Below are positions 18,341-25,984 of a DNA stretch of 64,000 bases, in pieces. Location: assembly GCA_024228115.1 (NCBI GenBank), contig JAAETT010000054.1, positions 12,793 through 76,792 of the forward strand, given 5' to 3'. This DNA is from a bacterium (GTDB lineage Bacteria; Myxococcota_A; UBA9160; UBA6930). Every line of letters starts with the position of its first letter. The stretch's first letter is position 1. The notes below the pieces were generated by a model. That model did no database searches. It was given only the letters and a program-made list of their open reading frames with translations, and was not told the DNA's origin. The translations under genes were made by a program, and so were the position numbers.

Positions 18341-18646
18341 ATGATCTCCAACGCCGCATCGGCGGGCCTTGCGGGCCTCGAAGCCGCTTCCAAACGTCTG
18401 GAAGCATCGGCGCATAACGTTGCCAACGTCAACACGCGGAACTTCCATCCCGTTGAAGTCCAACAGGCGGTCGACGCGTCTGAGCGACCTCAAGCCGTCG
18501 CGACCCGTTCCCCGGAACCGCAGGAAGTCGATCTGGCGCGTGAGGCGGTGGAGCAGATGAAGGCGTTGGTGGGCGGCCAGGCTGCCCTTCGAACGCTGGA
18601 CGCCGAGATGGAGCTGAAGGGCTCACTTCTCGATATCAAGGTCTGA
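18341..18646 (+). CDS. Mini rod-family protein (101 aa) with only the N- and C-terminal rod heptad segments
   Basis: The start is trimmed to ATG 18341, preceded by GGAGGAAG. ...LEASAHNVANVNTRNF... resembles the Flg_bb_rod N motif. ...VDLAREAVEQMKALVGGQAALRTL... resembles the FlgC-type C-terminal helix. Confidence 0.55.
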   Translation: MISNAASAGLAGLEAASKRLEASAHNVANVNTRNFHPVEVQQAVDASERPQAVATRSPEPQEVDLAREAVEQMKALVGGQAALRTLDAEMELKGSLLDIKV

Positions 18647-18668
18647 CCCGAGAGAGAGGATCCTGGCT

Positions 18669-19658
18669 TCAGGAGCGGCGAGCCGCTGCCACCGCCCTCT
18701 GGATTTCCACTAGATCGTACGGTCGAAGGACGAAGCCGCGCGCGCCTGCGCGTAGTGCGCATTCGACCATCCCGCGCGTCGCCCGCTCGTGCGCCAATAG
18801 CGCAATGGTCCCGGAAGTCTGTTCGTTGCGCACCAGATGCTCAACGAATTCGAGACCGGACCGGCCTCCCAACTCCCACGCGACGATCACTGCGTCGGCC
18901 TCTTGGATCGATTCCCGGCTGTCGTCACCGAAATCGGCAGGATCGATGGCTGCGAGCTCTTTCTCCTGCTCCTCACTGGCCTCCTCGATGCGGTCCCTTT
19001 CCTCTCCGTCCGAATCGATGATGATGACCGAGGCTTCCTCTGCCAGAGAATCCCCTGCGGCCTTTCCATCGCCCTGTCCGATCAAGATCAAGAGAGGCGC
19101 CGGGTCGAACCCCTCGACACCAAGCTCCAGATCGATGCACCACTGCGTTCCGTCACCGAGCCATGCAGTATTCGAGGAGGCGTCCTCCAGCGGACGAGCA
19201 TCTCGAAGTTGAAGATCACCGAACTCGTGGGGCTCGAGCAGACGCGTGAGCACAGCCGCAGCGAGCTTCATGACTTCACCGAAGCCTTCGGAGTGAGCGG
19301 CGAAATCACCCCCTTCGCGAGCTTCGCCGACCGCATCCCCCTCGAGGCCGGCCTGGAGAGCTGCGAGGCCGATGGCGTCCGGAGTGGGGCAAAGGAGGTG
19401 AACGTCTCGCGGTTGATCTCCTTCGCTGCGCGTCTGCTGATCGACGACAACGTCCAGGCACTCGAGGTCGGCGGCCGAGACAGACCGCGTGCCCTTGACC
19501 TCGACCGCGGCCGCGGGCCCCAGGAGCGCGCTCAGATCCTTGGAGAATGCCTCGGAGAATTGCGTGGCCACCTCAGCGAGGCTCTCCGAATCGAGTCCGT
19601 CTTCGCCAGACGCGACTTCTTCCTCCTCTTCGACCGCGTCGGCCTCTTCTTCGCTCAT
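18669..19658 (-). CDS. Acidic protein: CheC/CheX-like N-terminal region plus a receiver-like C-terminal domain (probably a pseudo-receiver)
   Basis: The N-terminal repeats (LAEVATQFSEAFSKDLSALLG..., EGFGEVMKLAAAVLTRLL) resemble CheC/CheX/FliN-type segments. C-terminus VIIIDSDGEE...DAVIVAWELGGRSGLEFVEHL...LRAGARGFVLRPYD has receiver topology, but the expected phospho-Asp position reads Ala (by-eye alignment). ATGA coupling to the upstream gene. Confidence 0.4.
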   Translation of the reverse strand: MSEEEADAVEEEEEVASGEDGLDSESLAEVATQFSEAFSKDLSALLGPAAAVEVKGTRSVSAADLECLDVVVDQQTRSEGDQPRDVHLLCPTPDAIGLAALQAGLEGDAVGEAREGGDFAAHSEGFGEVMKLAAAVLTRLLEPHEFGDLQLRDARPLEDASSNTAWLGDGTQWCIDLELGVEGFDPAPLLILIGQGDGKAAGDSLAEEASVIIIDSDGEERDRIEEASEEQEKELAAIDPADFGDDSRESIQEADAVIVAWELGGRSGLEFVEHLVRNEQTSGTIALLAHERATRGMVECALRAGARGFVLRPYDLVEIQRAVAAARRS

Positions 19659-19993
19659 GCTCGCCTACTTACGAAACGTGGTGCCTCTTTGGGGCACTTT
19701 TCAGTGACGACACGCCTTGCATGACGTATCTGCTCGAGTTCTTCCCGAATCCCGGAGAGCTGTGCGCGGGCCTGTTCCTGCACTGCGCGGTCGAGGGCGA
19801 GTACATCCTCGACGACCTGTCGGGTATCTGAATCGATGCCGTTCCGCGCCGCTGCCATGAACGCGTCGAAAGCAACCCCACGGGCCTCGAGAGCTGCCTC
19901 CATTGCTTCAGCATCCTGCCGCTCGACGGCGCCGGCAAGACCGATGGCCGCCTTGCGCAGGGCCTGGGCCCTGGCCCCGAGGGCAGCGCTCAT
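19655..19993 (-). CDS. Small helical protein downstream of fliS (FliT-like chaperone candidate)
   Basis: 112 aa and all-helical. Translationally coupled to fliS (upstream) and to the acidic protein (downstream). The assignment rests on position and composition only. Confidence 0.3.
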   Translation of the reverse strand: MSAALGARAQALRKAAIGLAGAVERQDAEAMEAALEARGVAFDAFMAAARNGIDSDTRQVVEDVLALDRAVQEQARAQLSGIREELEQIRHARRVVTEKCPKEAPRFVSRRA

Positions 19994-20364
19994 GCTGCGC
20001 CGCGCTCGCCGCGACGCGCCAGCTCGGAGAAGGCTTCCTCGAGCGTATCCAGCACCTTGAGCGCGTGGTCGATCGGCTCTCCGCTCCGACGCAGATTCGC
20101 CTCGGTCAGGCGCTCGATCACGAAATCGTAGAGCCGCTCGAGATTCGTGGCGATCTCCCCGCCGCGTTCGTGGTCGAGCGAGCTTCGAAGCTCTCCCACG
20201 ATGGCGACAGCCTTCGTGATCGAGCGTCCGCGATCCGCCGGTGAACCCTCGCCCCCGATCTCTCGCGCATTGCGCGCGTGCCGAATCGCTCCCTGAAACA
20301 ACTTCGCGACGAGCGACTCCGGTGTCGCCGTCGAAATGTCCATTTGCTGATATCGGTTTCCCAT
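19990..20364 (-). CDS. fliS: Flagellin-specific export chaperone FliS
   Basis: ...YQQMDISTATPESLVAKLFQGAIRHARNARE... and ...ATNLERLYDFVIERLTEANL... match the FliS pattern. Confidence 0.9.
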   Translation of the reverse strand: MGNRYQQMDISTATPESLVAKLFQGAIRHARNAREIGGEGSPADRGRSITKAVAIVGELRSSLDHERGGEIATNLERLYDFVIERLTEANLRRSGEPIDHALKVLDTLEEAFSELARRGERGAA

Positions 20365-20390
20365 CTCCCCCCCCGAGACGTGTAACGCCC

Positions 20391-21809
20391 CTATGACCTC
20401 GGTATGAGCAAGCTATTCAACGAGTTTCCCTGGCCCTGGAGCGCCGCGATCGAGGACTCGAGCCTCGAGAACTGGAGCACGAGCAACTCCTCACGCTTCT
20501 CGAGCCGCGCTTCGAAGCGCTCGATCTGCACGTCGAAGTTCGAGATTCTCGTATCCAGGCTGCTATCGATGTTGGCGAGAATCCCGCTGCCCGTTTCGAT
20601 GAAGACGTCGATCGCGCGTGCCACGGCCGTCGCCACGCCGTCGTCCGTGGAAACTCCCGTGCCCAGGCCGGCCAGGAACTGGCGTACCGCAAAGGGATCT
20701 TCGTCGAGCTTCTCGGTCAACTCGGTCGCGTTCAAGCTGAGCCGGCCATCCGAGCCGAGCTCGATTCCGAACTCGCCGACCGAGCGAATGGGGTTGCCCG
20801 AGAACGCATAGGGCTTCGAACTACTGCCCTGTAGAGCCGTCTGCAGGGCGAACTGAATGCCTCGCAATGTCGGGTTTCCCGAGAGGGGGCCCGCCTTGTT
20901 CGCATCCTCATCGAAACGGCTCTGGGCAGTGACGAAATCGACGACCGAGTTGTAGGCATCGACCAGGGCCTGGAATTTTTCCGTGAGCTTCTCGTCATCC
21001 CGCTGGACGTCGAGCGTCACGGGAACTCCGGGATCCGCCGTGTGGAGTTTCAGCGTCAAGCCTGGGATGACATCGGTAATGTCGTTTTCCGGGCGGTTGA
21101 TCGTGATGTTTCCGAATACGGTGATCTGCGCATCCTGTGCGGCCTGGTCGAGGGCCACGTCGACGAATGGCGAGGCTGCGGGGCCCGAGATCGTCGTCGT
21201 CGCGCTGATGTCATTCGCGGCACCTGTATTCGCGCCGGAGACGATGAGACGATAGTTGGTCCCATCGAAGAGAATGTCGGCGCGCACGTTGCCCTGGTTG
21301 TTGGCATCCGTGTTGATCGCGTCCTTCAGATCCTGGAGGGTTGCCCCGGTGGCACCGACCGTGATGTCGATATTCGCCGCTCCGCCATAGTCGATCGTCA
21401 TCGTCTCGCCCGAATTGGCGATCGTCGACGTATCGGATCCGAAGGCGGCTGAAAAGCGCCGGCCTACCGTAGCGAGCTGGTCCACCTGGACGTCGATGGT
21501 TCCCGGTGTCGCGTTTCCGGTCGCGTTCCCGGTGAGGACCACATCGTTGGAAGAGCCGACTGTGAACTCGAGCAATTCCTCATCGAGAGTCGGGCCGCTG
21601 AGCAGGCTGTTCTGATTGTCGATGGCCGCGGCTGCGTCGCGGAGTGCCTGCATCTTCGTATTGAGATCACGAAAGAGCGACTTCTGGTTTTCGACCTCGG
21701 CCTTGCGCTGTTCGACCAGCTCCAACGGCCGCCGTTCGAACTTGATGAAGGCAGAAATCAAGGCTTCCGTATCAAGCCCCGACGAAAGCCCACCGACTCG
21801 AATTCCCAT
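20391..21809 (-). CDS. fliD: Flagellar filament cap protein FliD
   Basis: N-terminus GLSSGLDTEALISAFIKFERRPLELVEQRK and C-terminus ...QFSRLESSIAALQGQGNSL are FliD N- and C-terminal domains. Confidence 0.9.
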   Translation of the reverse strand: MGIRVGGLSSGLDTEALISAFIKFERRPLELVEQRKAEVENQKSLFRDLNTKMQALRDAAAAIDNQNSLLSGPTLDEELLEFTVGSSNDVVLTGNATGNATPGTIDVQVDQLATVGRRFSAAFGSDTSTIANSGETMTIDYGGAANIDITVGATGATLQDLKDAINTDANNQGNVRADILFDGTNYRLIVSGANTGAANDISATTTISGPAASPFVDVALDQAAQDAQITVFGNITINRPENDITDVIPGLTLKLHTADPGVPVTLDVQRDDEKLTEKFQALVDAYNSVVDFVTAQSRFDEDANKAGPLSGNPTLRGIQFALQTALQGSSSKPYAFSGNPIRSVGEFGIELGSDGRLSLNATELTEKLDEDPFAVRQFLAGLGTGVSTDDGVATAVARAIDVFIETGSGILANIDSSLDTRISNFDVQIERFEARLEKREELLVLQFSRLESSIAALQGQGNSLNSLLIPRS

Positions 21810-21840
21810 CTCGCGTGTCCTTCCTCAATTGGACGCGGTG

Positions 21841-21875
21841 GCCCCGAAGGCGGGGGTCGGACCCGCCCTCGGGGC
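21841..21875 (-). terminator. GC-rich hairpin downstream of the flagellin gene
   Basis: Arms 21841-21854 and 21862-21875 pair at 13 of 14 positions around a 7-nt loop. It lies 50 nt after the flagellin stop. No clear U-tract. Confidence 0.5.
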
Positions 21876-21925
21876 TAACGAGGGGTGTGGAAAGCGACCG
21901 CGTCGCCGCTCCCCACGGAGAGGAT

Positions 21926-22750
21926 CTACTGGAGTAGCGCCAACGCGTTCTGCGTCGACACATTCGCCTGGGCGAGCACCGAAATACCGGCCTGCTGCAG
22001 AACCTGGTTCCGCGTCAGGATGGCCGTCTCGGATGCAATGTCGACGTCCCGGATCCGGGACTCAGCAGCCGCCGTGTTCTCCACCGAGACTGCGATCGAA
22101 CGGATCGTGGACTCGAGGCGATTCTGGGCGGTACCGAAACCGGCGCGCAAGGACGCGACGGTGCCGATGGCCGAGTCGATCAACGACAGGGCCGCCTGGG
22201 CGTTGGTTACCGTATCGATACCAGCCGTATCGACACCAATACCCGTGGACGTGGCATTCACACCAGTGACCGTGATCTGGTCATTGGCCGTGTTGTCCAC
22301 GCCTACCTGGAAGGTGACGCTGGCGGCAGTACCGTCCAACAGCGCCGTGCCGTTGAACTCGGTAACCTGGGCAATTCGTCCGATCTCGGACACCAGGTCG
22401 TTGAACTCATTGTCCAGCGTGGTGCGCTCGGAAGCCCCGAGGGTGCCGTTCGCGGACTGGATGGCGAGTTCGCGCAGACGCGTCAGGATGCCACTCGTTT
22501 CGTTGAGCGCTCCTTCTGCGATCTGCAGCAGCGAGATGCCGTCGTTGGCATTCCGCTGCGCCTGCTGAAGACTCCGCACCTCGGCGCGGAACCTCTCGGA
22601 GATCGCCAGACCAGCTGCATCGTCGGACGCGCGGGTGATCCGCAGGCCCGAAGAAAGCCGTTCCAACGAACGCTGCAGGTTGTTGGTCGTGTTGGCGAGG
22701 TTTCGCTGCGCGTTAAGCGAAGCGATATTGGTGTTGACTCGAAGACCCAT
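21926..22750 (-). CDS. fliC: Flagellin (short, 274 aa)
   Basis: The start is trimmed to ATG 22750, with GGAGGAA 10 nt upstream. MGLRVNTNIASLNAQRNL...LSSGLRITRASDDAAGLAISE... and C-terminal ...ETAILTRNQVLQQAGISVLAQANVSTQNALALLQ. The short central region is Ser/Thr-rich. Confidence 0.95.
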   Translation of the reverse strand: MGLRVNTNIASLNAQRNLANTTNNLQRSLERLSSGLRITRASDDAAGLAISERFRAEVRSLQQAQRNANDGISLLQIAEGALNETSGILTRLRELAIQSANGTLGASERTTLDNEFNDLVSEIGRIAQVTEFNGTALLDGTAASVTFQVGVDNTANDQITVTGVNATSTGIGVDTAGIDTVTNAQAALSLIDSAIGTVASLRAGFGTAQNRLESTIRSIAVSVENTAAAESRIRDVDIASETAILTRNQVLQQAGISVLAQANVSTQNALALLQ

Positions 22751-22761
22751 GGGGTTTTGTT

Positions 22762-22798
22762 TCCTCCGTGAACGGTCCTGGCTCACCGATCCTTGGTG
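22762..22798 (-). promoter_or_regulatory. Candidate CsrA-binding GGA motifs in the flagellin 5' leader, including the Shine-Dalgarno sequence
   Basis: The leader reads CACCAAGGATCGGTGAGCCAGGACCGTTCACGGAGGAA-N10-ATG. The first GGA sits in the loop of a CACC/GGTG hairpin, the second in a GTGA/TCAC hairpin, and the third is the SD. csrA and fliW are 2 kb away. Confidence 0.45.
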
Positions 22799-22923
22799 GG
22801 CCATTGTTGGTGACCAGCTCATTCACTCGAATGCGCCGGTGGGGGGACACCACGTGAGCACGCTCACTCGGCATCCGATCCCGGCATTTCCCCTTTTTCA
22901 ACAGCCGGAACCGCAGTCATGGC

Positions 22924-22939
22924 TGCAAGGCGGGTGCCA
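22924..22939 (-). promoter_or_regulatory. Sigma-54 promoter upstream of flagellin (TGGCAC-CCGCC-TTGCA)
   Basis: The minus strand reads TGGCACCCGCCTTGCA. About 175 nt upstream of the flagellin ATG, which implies a long leader. Confidence 0.65.
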
Positions 22940-23072
22940 TGAGCCCTGGAGGAAACGCCCGAGGCCGTCTCCTGGCTTCGCCGTCCTCCGATCAACACGC
23001 GGCCTTCCCTCGAACCATGCACGCGTGCTGCGTGTATGTGATGGCCGGCACTCCATTCTTTCGAAGCAGCGA

Positions 23073-23088
23073 CGTTTCAACTCGAAAG
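23073..23088. promoter_or_regulatory. Candidate enhancer site B (CGTTTCA-ACT-CGAAAG)
   Basis: Motif family member lying between two divergent sigma-54 promoters. Its centre is about 142 nt from the flagellin -24 GG and about 57 nt from the GNAT -24 GG. The flanks (GCGACGTTTCAA..GAAAGC) are nearly identical to site A. Confidence 0.5.
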
Positions 23089-23136
23089 CCTTGAACACAA
23101 TTCGTCGTTCCCTGGTGACGAGAATGCGCGCGAGCA

Positions 23137-23152
23137 CGGCACCGTTCTTGCG
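23137..23152 (+). promoter_or_regulatory. Sigma-54 promoter upstream of the GNAT gene (CGGCAC-CGTTC-TTGCG)
   Basis: The plus strand reads CGGCACCGTTCTTGCG. About 35 nt upstream of ATG 23186. Confidence 0.6.
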
Positions 23153-23185
23153 GGAGAAGGTTTCGATTCTTCCGGGAGTGCATTC

Positions 23186-24307
23186 ATGGTTGGGGAAAGC
23201 GATGCGGTCGGTCGCGTGACCTCCGAGCAGTGGCCTGGCGTGACGGCGTGGCTCGAGCGCGGCCTCCGCGACGGCATCCGGGGAAGACTCCAGGCGGAGT
23301 ACCCGATTTCCTTGACGCCCGAGAATGCTGGCTCCCAGAGGCTCGTTCGAAGCGGCGGCCATTCCTTGTCCCATGCCATGGTTCACCGTGTGACAGGGCG
23401 AATCGGCGACGCGAGATTGCCGCTGGGATTGATTGGCCTGGTCTATACAGAGGAGGAAGCCAGAGGCCGGGGCCTGGCGGGACGTTGTGTCGAAGCCTGC
23501 GTCGAGGACCTTCTCCGCGACGGCGTCGCGCTGGCGGTTCTGTGGAGTGATCGCCACGCCTTCTACGCACGCCTGGGGTTCCATCCTGCAGGCCGTGAAC
23601 GATTCCTGGTGCTCGACCAGAGAGTGCTGGGGCGCTTGGCCGCCTGTGACGAAAACGACCCGCTGCCTCCCGTCAGCGAACCCTTGGCCGCGCACTGGCC
23701 GGCGATCGAAGCATTGTACGAGGCGAGACGTTTTCGGGCCGATCGAAGGCCCGGCGATCTCGCTCTGCTGGCGGCGGCGCCGGAATCCGAGCTTCGGGTC
23801 GCCTGCCGTGATGGCCAACCGGTTGCGTACGCGGCCCTCGGACGCGGGAACGACTTTGCCGAGGTCGTCCACGAGTGGGCCGGTGAGGAAGCAGGGGTCA
23901 TCGCCTGCCTGAAAGCCCTCCTTGTTGGACGCCGAGCCGTAGGCTTGATGACGGGACCCGAGGATGGCGACCTCGTCGCCCGCCTGCGCACAGCCGGGGC
24001 TGCGCAACACGATGGCGTTTTTGGCCTGGTACGCCTGTTGGATCCACGCGGGCTTTGGAAGGAAGTGCGGACCCATGTCCCCGAGCTCGAGGGGATCGCG
24101 TTGGCAAGAACTCATGGCGGAGTTCGCGTCACGGGCAGTACTGGCTCCGTGGAGATTTCCGACCCGCAGGCACTCGCCCTGCTGCTCGAAGGGGATTCGC
24201 AAGCCGACCTGAGCGCTCTCAGACCCGCCCTTTCCGATCGGGAATGGCACGGGCTGGAGAAGCGCCAGCCCCTTCCCCTCTATCTCTGGGGATTCGATTC
24301 GATCTGA
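23186..24307 (+). CDS. Eis-like GNAT N-acetyltransferase (GNAT plus extended C-terminal region)
   Basis: Acetyl-CoA motif region ...LIGLVYTEEEARGRGLAGRCVEACVEDLL...YARLGF. 373 aa. The antisense 574-aa ORF (22898-24622) is treated as a shadow ORF. Confidence 0.75.
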   Translation: MVGESDAVGRVTSEQWPGVTAWLERGLRDGIRGRLQAEYPISLTPENAGSQRLVRSGGHSLSHAMVHRVTGRIGDARLPLGLIGLVYTEEEARGRGLAGRCVEACVEDLLRDGVALAVLWSDRHAFYARLGFHPAGRERFLVLDQRVLGRLAACDENDPLPPVSEPLAAHWPAIEALYEARRFRADRRPGDLALLAAAPESELRVACRDGQPVAYAALGRGNDFAEVVHEWAGEEAGVIACLKALLVGRRAVGLMTGPEDGDLVARLRTAGAAQHDGVFGLVRLLDPRGLWKEVRTHVPELEGIALARTHGGVRVTGSTGSVEISDPQALALLLEGDSQADLSALRPALSDREWHGLEKRQPLPLYLWGFDSI

Positions 24308-24774
24308 GTCGCCTCTGGAGCTGCCGAATCGCCAGGAACGGACGGAATGGGCAAGGGCTCGCGTGTGGCGTGATGGCTCCGCTCGAGGATCACCTGTGCG
24401 CCTCGACGAGCCTGTGAATTGACCAGGAGTGGCGCTGCAAGATTCAAGGTCGTCGCTGCCTCCCGAACGGTGGCAATCGCGTAGAGCTCGATGCCTTCGG
24501 TTGTCTTTGCATCGATCGATTCGAGTTGGGATCGGCTCAGGTCCGGTGCGTACTCCGGAAAGAACTGGCGCGGGTCGGTTACGACGAATGCCAGGTCCGC
24601 CCGGTCCAGGCTCACGAGCCATAGGAAGGCCGAGTCACGATCGTGACGCAGCAGGGCGAAACGGCGCACGTCCGCGAAGCCGGGCAATCCGTCGAACGCC
24701 AGCACCTGGTCGGCCGGGATCTCGAGTCGCCCGAAGCGTTGGTGATCCATGGTTACGTCGTCTGCTCCGCTCAC
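24280..24774 (-). CDS. fliW: Flagellar assembly factor FliW
   Basis: ...[29 protein letters not shown]...[23 protein letters not shown]... is the FliW pattern. GTG 24774 overlaps the csrA stop. ATG 24750 is an alternative start. Confidence 0.9.
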   Translation of the reverse strand: MSGADDVTMDHQRFGRLEIPADQVLAFDGLPGFADVRRFALLRHDRDSAFLWLVSLDRADLAFVVTDPRQFFPEYAPDLSRSQLESIDAKTTEGIELYAIATVREAATTLNLAAPLLVNSQARRGAQVILERSHHATREPLPIPSVPGDSAAPEATQIESNPQR

Positions 24775-25025
24775 TTGCCGGCTCCCTTGGCATTTCCATG
24801 GGCTGCCGTAGCGGGCAGCCAGCGCTCCAGATCTTCCGTCTCGACAGATGCCGCCTCGACGTTGGCCGCGACGATCCGGTCGAAGACTTCTTCGCGGTGG
24901 ACGGCAACTCGCCCAGGCGCCTCGATCCCGATGCGCACCTGTCCTCCCGCTGAACTGATCACGGTGATCCGGATCTCGGAACCGATCCGAACACTCTCTC
25001 CGGCTCGGCGGGTCAAGACCAGCAT
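24771..25025 (-). CDS. csrA: Carbon storage regulator CsrA (flagellar, FliW-partnered type)
   Basis: [47 protein letters not shown] is the canonical CsrA fold sequence. It has a C-terminal extension and sits immediately upstream of fliW. Confidence 0.95.
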   Translation of the reverse strand: MLVLTRRAGESVRIGSEIRITVISSAGGQVRIGIEAPGRVAVHREEVFDRIVAANVEAASVETEDLERWLPATAAHGNAKGAGK

Positions 25026-25027
25026 GG

Positions 25028-25972
25028 CTAACCGATGAAATCCAGCAGGGTGCCCTGGATCAAGCGGCCGTTGGCCTGGAGAGACGCCTGCAAGGCAACC
25101 TCCTGGCTGGCGAGGTCCGAGAAGACCTTCAGGGAGTCTGCGTCCTGGGTATCCGAAAGGCGTGTGGTGAGATCGACGAAACGATCGTCGAGGCGCCTCT
25201 CGAACGTGTCGAGTTGGGTGAGCGATGCGCCGAAGCGGGTGCGCTCGACAGAGATCTGACTGATCGCGGTATCGATCCTCGGGATCGCGGCATTGATCTG
25301 GGCAACGTTGTCTGTCGCCAGACCGTCGCGAAGATCCGCAAGCATCTGGAAGATGTCCTCGCGTCCGGCATCCACCACGCCGTTGCCGTCTCCGTCGCCC
25401 ATGAATACGCGTTGGCCATTGGAGGTAGCACGCGTGCGAACGGCTTCGTCGATCTGGATCTCGATCTCGTTCGTGTCCCCCGCGAAGGACACAGTTGGCG
25501 ATGAGGGCGGCACGTCCACGAAGGGACCGGAAGAGACGAAGGGTGCGGTATCGGTGGTGTAACCGCCGAACAGCGCGCCACCAGCGATCCGGCTATTCCC
25601 CTCGGCAAGCATGCTCGCGTGAAGGCCCTCGATCTCCTGGGCGATCTGTGCGCGCGATGCTGCATTCTGGGTACCGTTCGCGCCCTGGATTGCGAGCTCT
25701 TTCGCACGGACCAGCAGGTCGGTCGCATTCGCCAGCGAATTCTCGCCCGCCGCCAGACGCGTACGGGTCTGGCTGATGTTGCGTTGATATTGGGAGGTCG
25801 CTTCGAGACCTGATTTCAAGAGCATCGCGGCAGACGTCCCGACCGGATCGTCGGAAGGGCGATTGATGCGCAAGCCGCTTGCCGCCTGCTCCTGGGTGCG
25901 CGCCAGCCGGACGCGCGCGCGATTCAGATCTGCGAGTGCAGAGCGGATGATCATCGATTGGGTGACACGCAT
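25028..25972 (-). CDS. flgL: Flagellar hook-associated protein 3 FlgL
   Basis: [45 protein letters not shown]... is a flagellin-like N-terminus. It follows flgK. Confidence 0.9.
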   Translation of the reverse strand: MRVTQSMIIRSALADLNRARVRLARTQEQAASGLRINRPSDDPVGTSAAMLLKSGLEATSQYQRNISQTRTRLAAGENSLANATDLLVRAKELAIQGANGTQNAASRAQIAQEIEGLHASMLAEGNSRIAGGALFGGYTTDTAPFVSSGPFVDVPPSSPTVSFAGDTNEIEIQIDEAVRTRATSNGQRVFMGDGDGNGVVDAGREDIFQMLADLRDGLATDNVAQINAAIPRIDTAISQISVERTRFGASLTQLDTFERRLDDRFVDLTTRLSDTQDADSLKVFSDLASQEVALQASLQANGRLIQGTLLDFIG

Positions 25973-25984
25973 CGCCGCCCCCGC

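Noticed and set aside
21893-21908. Sigma-54-like CGGCGACGCGGTCGCT between flagellin and fliD
   Set aside because: It is a weak match (no C-A-C at -24, TCGC at -12). It also lies upstream of the flagellin terminator hairpin, so transcripts from it would run straight into the hairpin. fliD is more likely expressed by read-through or from a promoter I could not see.
22865-22890. Sigma-28-like element (GAAA-N14-GCCGAGTG) in the flagellin upstream region
   Set aside because: The -35 and the spacing are off consensus (TAAA-N15-GCCGATAA). No fliA is present in the window. A much better sigma-54 promoter lies 35 nt further upstream. Most likely this is just part of the leader.
22898-24622. 574-aa minus-strand ORF spanning the flagellin-GNAT-fliW region
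   Set aside because: It is antisense to the well-motivated GNAT gene and runs across the flagellin promoter region and into fliW. Its composition is Arg/Gly/Pro/Ser-rich, typical of out-of-frame translation in high-GC DNA, and it has no motif. Treated as a shadow ORF.
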